From the NCBI GenBank assembly GCA_030549845.1, contig JAUQQN010000001.1, positions 180,001 to 212,000 of the forward strand: a DNA stretch of 32,000 nucleotides. Direction: 5' to 3'. Positions 23,934 through 32,000 of this stretch are shown piece by piece (position 1 is the stretch's first letter; each line of letters opens with the position of its first letter). The stretch comes from Patescibacteria group bacterium (GTDB lineage Bacteria; Patescibacteriota; Minisyncoccia; UBA6257; HR35). Both the position numbers and the translations under genes were made by a program. The notes beneath the pieces are model-generated. The model did not search any database. It saw nothing but the letters and a program-made list of their open reading frames with translations, and was not told the DNA's origin.

Positions 23934-26380
23934 AATTGTCTTGCATATTTATATCTTTCTTCTATCTCTGCTTCTATTTCCTCTCTTGGCTTTCCATATT
24001 TTAGCATGCTTAGTTCTAAAACTTTTTCTGCTAATTCTCTGTTTGGCTCATGGGGAGGGAATGTTCTTATATTAAATGGATCTGAAACATATCCATCAAT
24101 TAAAAGCTTTAAATATAGATTGTAATTAGGAATATTAACTAAATCTACTTTTGTAAATATAGGAGCAAATTGCTTTTCTAAAAAGTCAGCATCTTCTGTA
24201 CCAACTCTAAAGCATAATATTGTGCCTACATTTCCAAAAACTGCTGATGCTATTTCTTCTGGTAATTGTTTTATATATTGATGAGCTAAAACTAAAGATA
24301 ACCTATATTTTCTTGCTTCTGACAAAATTGAGGCTATTCCTTTAAATGCAAAATTTTGAAACTCATCAATATATAAATAAAAATCTTTTCTTTGTTCTTC
24401 TGGAACATCCACTCTTGAAAAAGCAGCAGATAAAATTTTAGCGACTAAGATCATTCCTAATAAATATGCACTTGTTTCTCCTATTTTTCCTTTTGATAGA
24501 TTAACTATTAATATTTTTTTATTATCCATTATATATCTAAAATCTAAAGAAGATTTGGGTTGAGCAATTATAGGGCGAACAAAATCATTCGTAATAAATG
24601 GATTAAGTTTTGAAGTAATCCAAGTAATCATATTTTCTAAAGAAAGTTCTCCACCAACGACAGGGGCTTGTTTTGTCCAAAATTCTACTACAGGATAATT
24701 TTTACACTTAGAAATTAACTCTTCTCTGAAACGTCTATCTACGAAAACTCTTGAAACTTCAAGCAAAGTAAAACCCCAAGAAGGGTCATCCATTATTAAC
24801 AAAAGTGCATTTCTTAGGTATTGTTCAAACATAGGACCTCCTGTTAGATGAAGGTTGTAAAGTTTGTCAATTATCTCAATAAGGGTGTTTATTATGAATG
24901 TTTTCTGTTCTGGGTATCGTGGGTCATATTCTAAAATATTTAAACCTATAGGTCTTCTAATATCGCCAGGATTAAAGTAAATAACATCATCTACTCTTTC
25001 TTTCGGAACTAAACCTAAAAGTTCTTGAGCTACATCTCCATGGGGGTCTATAAAACAAATTCCGTCTCCATTTGCCATATCTTGTTCTGCCATGTTTTTT
25101 AATAGTGTTGTTTTACCTGTACCAGTTTGTCCTATAACATATATATGTCTTCTTCTATCATTTCTTTTTATTCTTACTATTTCTTTTTGGCCTTGATAAA
25201 AACTTTCACCTAAAATTATTCCTTCTCTTGGTAGATTAACGGGTGGAGGAGCTGTTCTTGCAGAAAGCCAATGAATTATTGGGGATTTTGAATAGGAGGT
25301 TGGAAAATGAATAATGGAAGCTATCTCTTCTGAATTTAAAATTAATTTTTGCCTCTTGTTAAATAATCTAAATGAAAATTCATAGATTAAATTCCTTAAA
25401 GCTCTTCCCTTGACTCTATGTATTACAAATTCGTTTACTCCAGGATTTAAATATTGATAAAATGCCGATTCTATAGTTGAAAGTATTTCTTCTGCATCGA
25501 AAACATTTGGAGCAGACATCAAAAGTCTTATATTTACTTCAAAAAATGGTTTTAACATTTTGGCTTCAATATTTTTTATTAAATGCTCATCAACAGGTCT
25601 TTTTCTTTCTTCTAATTCTTTTTCTTCTTTTTTCTCCTTTGGAGTAAATATTTCTTGTAATAAATCGCGAGAGATTGCTTCTTCAAATCTTTTTCCTTCT
25701 TTTAGTTTTTCTATAACTTTTTTAATTTTTTTAGATTCCTTTCCTCCTAATGGTTTTACTATCACTTGATATGCTAGTCCTTCTCCTTCTTTTCTTAGTT
25801 TGTTAAATGCTGCTAAAAATGCATCTAATGGATCTAGATTTCCTAATGCTATTTCTTTGTATGTCTTGATTGGCCTAAAATAATGATTTTTTAGTTTTAC
25901 ATAAGAACCTAAAGTCACTCCTTCTGGATTAAATATATTAAAATCTTCTTTTACAATTATTGCCTCTGAACCTGGCCAAAAGCTTCTTATTGTTTTTTGC
26001 ATAGATTCTAAATATTTACGAGGAACTGCTACATAAAACATTATTTCTTCTCCATAATGAGGAGTAGCAATTTCAAAAATTATGGGCTGTTTTATTTTTG
26101 TTAGCGAGTTTATAAAATTTTCAAAATTATTTATTTCGTCTGTAACTCTAATTTGGGTTTCTGGTTTTGGCATTAAATGATATTTTGGAAGTTCAACAAG
26201 TAATAAAACGTAGCTTAGGGATAATCTTATTCTTTGAACTTCAATATATCTTTTTACAAAAATAACCAAAAAATATATAACTAAAAATCCTAAAATGCCA
26301 GTAAAAATTCCTGAAAGATAAACTACTATTGAAGAAAATGCAATTTTTTGAGGGATTAAACTTTGGAAAAATTCGCTCAT
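23930..26380 (-). CDS. Membrane-anchored VirD4/TraG/TraD-like (FtsK-HerA superfamily) ATPase
   Basis: N-terminal TM helices, a ~400-aa domain of unknown function, Walker A VIGQTGTGKTT, Walker B-like FYLYIDEFQNF and a RKYRLSLVLAHQ block, as in T4SS coupling proteins. No other T4SS genes are nearby. Confidence 0.7.
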   Translation of the reverse strand: MSEFFQSLIPQKIAFSSIVVYLSGIFTGILGFLVIYFLVIFVKRYIEVQRIRLSLSYVLLLVELPKYHLMPKPETQIRVTDEINNFENFINSLTKIKQPIIFEIATPHYGEEIMFYVAVPRKYLESMQKTIRSFWPGSEAIIVKEDFNIFNPEGVTLGSYVKLKNHYFRPIKTYKEIALGNLDPLDAFLAAFNKLRKEGEGLAYQVIVKPLGGKESKKIKKVIEKLKEGKRFEEAISRDLLQEIFTPKEKKEEKELEERKRPVDEHLIKNIEAKMLKPFFEVNIRLLMSAPNVFDAEEILSTIESAFYQYLNPGVNEFVIHRVKGRALRNLIYEFSFRLFNKRQKLILNSEEIASIIHFPTSYSKSPIIHWLSARTAPPPVNLPREGIILGESFYQGQKEIVRIKRNDRRRHIYVIGQTGTGKTTLLKNMAEQDMANGDGICFIDPHGDVAQELLGLVPKERVDDVIYFNPGDIRRPIGLNILEYDPRYPEQKTFIINTLIEIIDKLYNLHLTGGPMFEQYLRNALLLIMDDPSWGFTLLEVSRVFVDRRFREELISKCKNYPVVEFWTKQAPVVGGELSLENMITWITSKLNPFITNDFVRPIIAQPKSSLDFRYIMDNKKILIVNLSKGKIGETSAYLLGMILVAKILSAAFSRVDVPEEQRKDFYLYIDEFQNFAFKGIASILSEARKYRLSLVLAHQYIKQLPEEIASAVFGNVGTILCFRVGTEDADFLEKQFAPIFTKVDLVNIPNYNLYLKLLIDGYVSDPFNIRTFPPHEPNRELAEKVLELSMLKYGKPREEIEAEIEERYKYARQF

Positions 26381-26769
26381 TGACTCGCTTTTAATTTTTT
26401 ATGCCTTATTAATAATTCATAAAAGTGTCCTGCTAAAAGATCATGAAAAGCATCTAACAAATAAGGATTATTAAACTTTCTAATAAACACTAGACCTTCT
26501 AAAAAGCCTTCTTCTAAAACGAGATTAATAGCTTGGGCTAGAATACTTGATATCTCAGCTATATTTTCTTTATGAATTTCTGCTTCTCTTTCTATTTCTG
26601 GCAATTTTGAAATTTCTTCAGTTAAATTTTTTAGATATTCTTTTATATGCTCTTTTGCTGCTTCAGGGGTTTCTTCTTTTTTTCTTAATTCTTCAAAATG
26701 AGGGTGTTTTTCGAAATGTTTTAGAAATTCCTTTTCTCCTTTTTTAAGCGGAAATTGATTTATTTCCAT
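26377..26769 (-). CDS. Small acidic helical protein of unknown function, coupled to the VirD4-like ATPase
   Basis: 130-aa E/K-rich ORF whose TGA overlaps the ATG of the downstream ATPase gene (ATGA at 26377-26380). No recognisable motif. Confidence 0.55.
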   Translation of the reverse strand: MEINQFPLKKGEKEFLKHFEKHPHFEELRKKEETPEAAKEHIKEYLKNLTEEISKLPEIEREAEIHKENIAEISSILAQAINLVLEEGFLEGLVFIRKFNNPYLLDAFHDLLAGHFYELLIRHKKLKASQ

Positions 26770-26788
26770 TATAATTAAATTATAAAAA

Positions 26789-28123
26789 ATGATAAAAATT
26801 TTTAATACATTAACAAAAAAGAAAAATAAACTACCTGGGAAGAATTTGAAAATTTTTGTATGTGGGCCAACGGTTTATGATTATAGTCACATAGGACATG
26901 CAAGAATTTATGTAACTTTTGATGCATTTGTAAGATTTTTAAGATTTTCTGGATATAAAGTTAAATTTTTAATGAATATAACAGATGTTGATGACAAGAT
27001 AATAAATAGGGCAAAAGAAGAAAATAAAAAGCCATTCGAAATAGCAAGAAGATTTGAAAAAGAATTTTTAAAAGATATAGAAAATTTGAAAATTAAAATT
27101 GATATTTTAGCAAGGGCTTCAGAGCATATAAATCTAATCATTAAACAAATAAAAACATTAATTAAAAAGGATTATGCTTATGTTACGAGTACCGGTTCAG
27201 TTTATTTTAGAACAAAAAAATTTAAAAGGTATGGGAAACTTTCAGGACAAAATATAAATGAACTAAAAAACCTAGAGCCAAGTGAAGAGAAAGAAGATCC
27301 ATTAGATTTTGCATTGTGGAAAGGGCGGGAGAAGGATAAGTTTGAGCCTGTTTGGAAATCGCCTTGGGGTTATGGAAGGCCTGGTTGGCATATAGAAGAT
27401 ACTGCAATAACCGAAAAATATTTTGGAGTTCAATACGATATTCATGGAGGTGGAATTGATCTAATTTTCCCTCATCATGAATGCGAAATAGCCCAGCAAG
27501 AGTCAGCATCAGGAAAAGTGCCTTTTGTAAAAATTTGGATGCATGTTAATTTGCTTTATGTAAATGGAGAAAAAATGTCAAAATCTTTAGGGAATTTTAT
27601 AACTATAAGAGATTTTGCTAAAAATTATCCTTATAGATTTTTAAGATTTTTTATTTTATCTCATCATTGGAGAAGTATTATTGATTACAATACAAATGTC
27701 TTAAATGATTTGTGGAATAAATACTTTAAAATAAACGAGTTCATGACAAAATGTTTAACATTTAAACATATGAAGTCTGAAGATATAAAAATACTAAGAA
27801 AAGAGATTATTAAATCTTTAGAGGATGATTTTAATACTTCGAAAGCTATAAATTTATTATTGGAATTTATAAATAAAAAAGAAAGTGAAAAAAGTTTTCC
27901 TATTGAATTTTATAAGTTATTAAAAGAAATTGACAAAATTTTTGTTTGCTTTCTTCCCTGGAAAGAATTAACAAAATCCGAAGAGGGGTTAATCAGAAAA
28001 AGAGAAAAAGCAAGAAAGGAAAAACGCTTTGAAATAGCAGACAAAATTAGGGAAGATTTAAAAAGGAAATTTATTTTTCTAGAAGATTTAACAGATAAAA
28101 CCTTAGTAATTAATTTAAATTAA
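26789..28123 (+). CDS. cysS: Cysteine--tRNA ligase
   Basis: CGPTVYDYSHIGHAR (HIGH motif), KMSKSLGN (KMSKS motif) and the Zn/Cys-binding HHECE region. 444 aa. Confidence 0.95.
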   Translation: MIKIFNTLTKKKNKLPGKNLKIFVCGPTVYDYSHIGHARIYVTFDAFVRFLRFSGYKVKFLMNITDVDDKIINRAKEENKKPFEIARRFEKEFLKDIENLKIKIDILARASEHINLIIKQIKTLIKKDYAYVTSTGSVYFRTKKFKRYGKLSGQNINELKNLEPSEEKEDPLDFALWKGREKDKFEPVWKSPWGYGRPGWHIEDTAITEKYFGVQYDIHGGGIDLIFPHHECEIAQQESASGKVPFVKIWMHVNLLYVNGEKMSKSLGNFITIRDFAKNYPYRFLRFFILSHHWRSIIDYNTNVLNDLWNKYFKINEFMTKCLTFKHMKSEDIKILRKEIIKSLEDDFNTSKAINLLLEFINKKESEKSFPIEFYKLLKEIDKIFVCFLPWKELTKSEEGLIRKREKARKEKRFEIADKIREDLKRKFIFLEDLTDKTLVINLN

Positions 28124-28791
28124 ATTTTTATTTTTTTACTGTGTTTTCTTCTCCATTCTTCTATTTTTTTATGATTCCCAGAAAGTAATACTTTTGGAAC
28201 AGTTAATTTTTCACCTTCATCTGTAATAAACACTTCTGGTCTTGTATAAACTGGAGTGCTTTTCAATATTCCATACCTTTCTTCTTCTAAAGATAAGGGG
28301 TTTTTTAGAACTCCTTTTATATGCCTCGAAACAGCATCAACTATAACCATTGCAGGAAGCTCGCCACCAGTTAGTACGTATTTACCTATTGATAAAGAAA
28401 TGTCAACAAGTTTTTTAACTCTTTCATCAACACCTTCATAATGTCCACAAATAATTATTATTTGTTTTTCTTTAGCAAGTTCTCTTGCTATTTTTTGATT
28501 GAAAATTTTGCCTCTTATATCCGTCAAAATTATTTTTCTTTTATTAGTCTTATAAGCTTCTTTAATTTTTTTTAATGCATAATAAATAGGTTCTATTTTC
28601 ATCACCATTCCCGGACCTCCACCATAAGGATAATCATCAGTAGTTTTATGTTTATCTTGTGCAAAATCTCTTATATTCCATATCCTTATTTCTATTAATT
28701 TTTTTTCTTGGGCCTTTTTTAGGATAGATTGATTTAAATAAGAAAAACTTTCTGGAAATAATGATAAAATATCAAACCTTATTTTTGCCAT
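28120..28791 (-). CDS. trmD: tRNA (guanine37-N1)-methyltransferase
   Basis: FDILSLFPE at the N-terminus, DDYPYGGGPGMVM, CGHYEGVDERV and LTGGELPAMV blocks. 223 aa. Confidence 0.95.
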   Translation of the reverse strand: MAKIRFDILSLFPESFSYLNQSILKKAQEKKLIEIRIWNIRDFAQDKHKTTDDYPYGGGPGMVMKIEPIYYALKKIKEAYKTNKRKIILTDIRGKIFNQKIARELAKEKQIIIICGHYEGVDERVKKLVDISLSIGKYVLTGGELPAMVIVDAVSRHIKGVLKNPLSLEEERYGILKSTPVYTRPEVFITDEGEKLTVPKVLLSGNHKKIEEWRRKHSKKIKI

Positions 28792-28798
28792 ATGCTAT

Positions 28799-29110
28799 TT
28801 ATTTTTCTTCCTTAAGTTCTTCTATTATTTTTTCTGTTGTAGTTTTAATTTTTGCAATTGGTTCTGGCTCTTCTACTTTTATATTTAATCTAGCATGATT
28901 TTTTATTCCTATAGCTTTCATTATGGTTTTTATTGCTTTTATCATCTCACCCTTTCGACCGATCAAAAGACCCATATCTTGTGGGTTTACCTTTATTTTT
29001 AATAATACCCCTAACTCATCTAAGGACCGAGTAATTTTAACATCATCTGGATTATTAACTAAATTTTTAACTATTGTTTCTAAAATTTCTATGTATATTG
29101 GTTTATCCAT
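28799..29110 (-). CDS. KH-domain RNA-binding protein (YlqC/UPF0109-like)
   Basis: GLLIGRKGEMIKAIKTIM contains the KH GxxG loop. It is small and sits next to trmD, as in the rpsP-KH-rimM-trmD cluster of other bacteria. Confidence 0.8.
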   Translation of the reverse strand: MDKPIYIEILETIVKNLVNNPDDVKITRSLDELGVLLKIKVNPQDMGLLIGRKGEMIKAIKTIMKAIGIKNHARLNIKVEEPEPIAKIKTTTEKIIEELKEEK

Positions 29111-29137
29111 TTTATCATCAAGTCTTAATTGCGACCT

Positions 29138-30622
29138 CTACTTTATTTTAACCTCAATTTTAGAAGGATCAGCTGGAAGATAGTTTACCCAAAACGGCCT
29201 TATGGAAACTTCTGCTTTTTCTATATTCTCATATTTATTTATAATTTCTTTTACATTTGCCAGATCTTTGCCAACAATTTCTTGTTTAAATTTATTTATA
29301 TCTACCCTGTTTTCAAACTCAATTTCACCACTTACTAATACAGTTGCTATTTTATTTTTTACATCAAAATTTTGGAGCTTTATTGAATTTATATTTAGAC
29401 TTTTTATATTTAAATTATAATTGCTTTTTAAATTATTTTTTGCCACTAGATCTTTCAAAAACTCCTTTAAAACTGTGCTTTTTACTCCTACTAAGTTTAA
29501 TTTTGCTGTTCCTGTAAGGATAACCTCATTTGCTATATTACCTACAGAAGGATATATATCTGTTACCTTTAAATCAACAATATTTAATTCCTCGGGAAAG
29601 ATATAGTCTTTGTATTTCATTTTGATTTCATTTTGGACAATTTCTTTTAATTCTTTTTCTAATTTTATCTTTCCTTGAGTAATATCATCTATAGTAACTG
29701 TTTTAGCTTGAGGAGCATAAAGAATTGGTTCAATTAATTTTACCTTTATTTTATTTTCCCAATATGTACCAATTAAACCAGGGATAGTGAATTCTTCGTC
29801 AAGGTTTTCAATTTGATAAATCTCAGAGGGTTCTTCGGCAACCACTATTACTTCAGAACTACCATTAGGTTCAAGATAAACTCTTTCAACGGTTCTATAA
29901 ATATAACCCTTGGAGGATTTTATTCTTGTACCTTGGATTATTGAAATTGAGTTTTCTTGATCTGTATTAATAAATTTTACTTTACCTGTTGGTTTTGCTT
30001 TAGCTGATTTTGCACCAGAGGTTGGCTGTTTTACAGTATGTGTTTTTGTTATTTCAATTTCTTCAGCTGGTAATGAAAGATTTTCTAAGTCTGGTGTTGT
30101 TATTTTTGGATTTAAAAGTATTACCTCTTCAAAGTTAATTTTATGCTTTTTTAAAATAATCTCTATTGTAGCAGAAGAAAAAGAATAATTCAAAAACCAA
30201 AAAATAGCGGAGATTCCTATGAGAATAACAAGCCCTGATATTAAAATTTTTTTTGTAGATAGTTTTTTAGAAGGCGGTTTTTCCTTTTTAATCGTTATTT
30301 TGGGTTTCGTTTTTTGAGGAGGTAATATGTCTGTTACAATTTTTGTAGCTTCTTCATATGCAAAATCTTCTAAAAATATTTCTATACCAATTTGTTTTGC
30401 AAGATAAATCAACCTTTCATCATCTGTACTAAAGTAGATTTTTTTTCTATGCTTATTAGCTTCGTGCTTTAAAATCTCCAAATTAGTTGGATGGAGTAAG
30501 CATTTTGTATTTTTAGGAATAACTAAAACAACTTCTTTGGCCTCTTGCTCCTTTATAGCATCTACTATATCTCCTAATTCTTCGGTCCCTTTAAGGTATA
30601 AATATTCTTTTTCTTCTTTCAT
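29138..30622 (-). CDS. Single-pass membrane protein of unknown function
   Basis: Cytoplasmic N-terminal ~120 aa, a basic linker, a TM helix (ILISGLVILIGISAIFWFL) and a ~330-aa beta-rich ectodomain. The overall layout reminds me of proteins sometimes annotated baseplate-J-like, but I cannot verify that. Confidence 0.6.
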   Translation of the reverse strand: MKEEKEYLYLKGTEELGDIVDAIKEQEAKEVVLVIPKNTKCLLHPTNLEILKHEANKHRKKIYFSTDDERLIYLAKQIGIEIFLEDFAYEEATKIVTDILPPQKTKPKITIKKEKPPSKKLSTKKILISGLVILIGISAIFWFLNYSFSSATIEIILKKHKINFEEVILLNPKITTPDLENLSLPAEEIEITKTHTVKQPTSGAKSAKAKPTGKVKFINTDQENSISIIQGTRIKSSKGYIYRTVERVYLEPNGSSEVIVVAEEPSEIYQIENLDEEFTIPGLIGTYWENKIKVKLIEPILYAPQAKTVTIDDITQGKIKLEKELKEIVQNEIKMKYKDYIFPEELNIVDLKVTDIYPSVGNIANEVILTGTAKLNLVGVKSTVLKEFLKDLVAKNNLKSNYNLNIKSLNINSIKLQNFDVKNKIATVLVSGEIEFENRVDINKFKQEIVGKDLANVKEIINKYENIEKAEVSIRPFWVNYLPADPSKIEVKIK

Positions 30623-30628
30623 ATTTTT

Positions 30629-31900
30629 TTAAGAACTTTTTGAAATTTTTCTATGTTCTTCAAATAATTTGCTAAAAACATGATTAGAAATTTCTGTAAA
30701 TTTCATTTCTTTTTCTTTTAATAATTCCTTTGATATATCTAGGGGCAATCCGAATGATGTAAATAACAAGAATAATTTTTCTCCTAATTCTTCTTCTGTT
30801 TCATTGCCTTTTATATATTTTTCGAACATTTTAAGGCCTCTTTTAAGCGTCCTCTCAAAACTTTTAAATTCTTTATTGATTACCTCATAAATTTTATCAT
30901 AGTTTTTTAAATTGTTATAAATATTTCCAAATTTTTCAATAACAGCTTTAATCATAATGTCTATTTTGTCAGTTAAATTATATTTATTAAGTTTCAACAT
31001 TAATCTTCTTAATATCCTTCTTAAAACATAACCTCTTTCTAGATTACTTGGATAGATACCATCTGAAATTAAAAATACACTTGCTCTTGTATGATCTAAA
31101 ATTATTCTTAAATCCCTAACCTGAATATTTGGATTTATTTCTAAAATTCTTGTTCTCAAAGGCTCAAAAAGATCTGTCTCAAAAACAGTTGCAGTTTTTT
31201 GAATAACTTTCATCAATCTTTCAAATCCCATACCTGTATCAACTCCAGGAAATTCTAATTTCTTTAAATTTCCGCTTTTTTCTTGATAGTATTCATTAAA
31301 AACTATATTCCAAACCTCAATATTATCTATATAAATTTCTGTAGTAGGACCACACGGACCTTCTTCTCCTGTTGGACCCCAGAAATTATCTTCTCTCCCA
31401 AATTTCATTATTTTCTTTTCATCAATCCCTAATTCTTTCCAAATATTAAAGGATTCAGAATCATAAGGAATATTTTTTTCTCCTTTAAATACAGAAACAA
31501 AATCTATTTTTAATCCTAGATTATTTAAAAATTCATATGCCCAACAAATTGCTGATCTTTTAAAGTACCCAGAAACACCGAAATCTTTTGGATCATCACT
31601 CCCTACAGGCCCGAATGAAAAATTACCTAACATCTCAAAGAAGGTTAAATGCCTTTCGTCACCGACTTCTTCTATATCGGTAGTTCGAAAACATTTTTGA
31701 ATAGATGTTGTTCTTTGTGTTCCAAAGTCTTTTATAGGATCTTTTTCTCTAGTAAAGTATTTTTTAAATTGTTGCATACCAGCTGTGGTTATCAAAACAG
31801 AAGGGTCATCCCCAGGAATTAAAGAAGAAGAAGCTATAACCTTATGCCCTCTTTTTTCGAAAAATGCTAAAAATTCTTTTCTTATTTCTTCTGAATTCAT
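30629..31900 (-). CDS. alaS: Alanine--tRNA ligase, catalytic plus tRNA-recognition half only (no editing or C-Ala domains)
   Basis: EIRKEFLAFFEKRGH, TTAGMQQFK, FFEMLGNFSFG, GPCGPTTEIY, VDTGMGFERL and RRILRR blocks are class-II AlaRS signatures. The ORF stops at 423 aa, and an unrelated gene starts 6 nt later. Confidence 0.9.
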   Translation of the reverse strand: MNSEEIRKEFLAFFEKRGHKVIASSSLIPGDDPSVLITTAGMQQFKKYFTREKDPIKDFGTQRTTSIQKCFRTTDIEEVGDERHLTFFEMLGNFSFGPVGSDDPKDFGVSGYFKRSAICWAYEFLNNLGLKIDFVSVFKGEKNIPYDSESFNIWKELGIDEKKIMKFGREDNFWGPTGEEGPCGPTTEIYIDNIEVWNIVFNEYYQEKSGNLKKLEFPGVDTGMGFERLMKVIQKTATVFETDLFEPLRTRILEINPNIQVRDLRIILDHTRASVFLISDGIYPSNLERGYVLRRILRRLMLKLNKYNLTDKIDIMIKAVIEKFGNIYNNLKNYDKIYEVINKEFKSFERTLKRGLKMFEKYIKGNETEEELGEKLFLLFTSFGLPLDISKELLKEKEMKFTEISNHVFSKLFEEHRKISKSS

Positions 31901-31902
31901 TT

Positions 31903-32000
31903 TTATTTAATTTTATCATAAATAATTCCTCCTCCAACCAAAATGTCATCATAATAAAATACCGCACTTTGACCTTTGGCAACAGATTTGATTGGATTTT
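31903..32000 (-). CDS. mnmA: 3' end of tRNA 2-thiouridine(34) synthase gene (partial)
   Basis: The minus-strand translation NPIKSVAKGQSAVFYYDDILVGGGIIYDKIK* matches the conserved MnmA C-terminus (PGQ-AVFY....LGGGII). The stop is at 31903-31905. Confidence 0.7.
   Translation of the reverse strand, partial: NPIKSVAKGQSAVFYYDDILVGGGIIYDKIK

Overview
This is an AT-rich window: spot counts of backbone lines give about 27 % GC. Genes are very tightly packed, and many neighbours overlap by 1-8 nt. By inference it looks like a small-genome Patescibacteria/CPR (Parcubacteria-like) chromosome that uses the standard code, since TGA ends several conserved genes. Most of the window is housekeeping: gap, rmuC, a TrmH-family methyltransferase, polX, a glycogen-synthase-like GT plus a GH57 enzyme, rpe-like, secF, gatB, tmk, rplK, nusG, an RlmD/TrmA-like methyltransferase, cysS, trmD, a KH protein, alaS (N-terminal half only) and the end of mnmA. 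Three regions stand out. (1) 7052-15293 is a monoderm-style type IV pilus / Com-like operon. It encodes a PilB-type ATPase, a PilC platform, three proteins with prepilin-type N-termini (one of them 586 aa) and two large non-pilin surface proteins. (2) About 19830-22600 is an accessory island inserted directly upstream of nusG. It holds a Y1/HUH RAYT-type transposase gene bracketed by at least six copies of a 21-nt REP-like palindrome. This is followed by a sharply GC-richer segment encoding a metzincin-like ORF with no ATG start or signal peptide, and a secreted protein with internally duplicated tail-fibre-like motifs. (3) 23930-26769 encodes an orphan membrane-anchored VirD4/TraG-like ATPase translationally coupled to a small acidic protein. 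I found no rRNA, tRNA or CRISPR. All family assignments come from motif recognition by eye; no database search was run.
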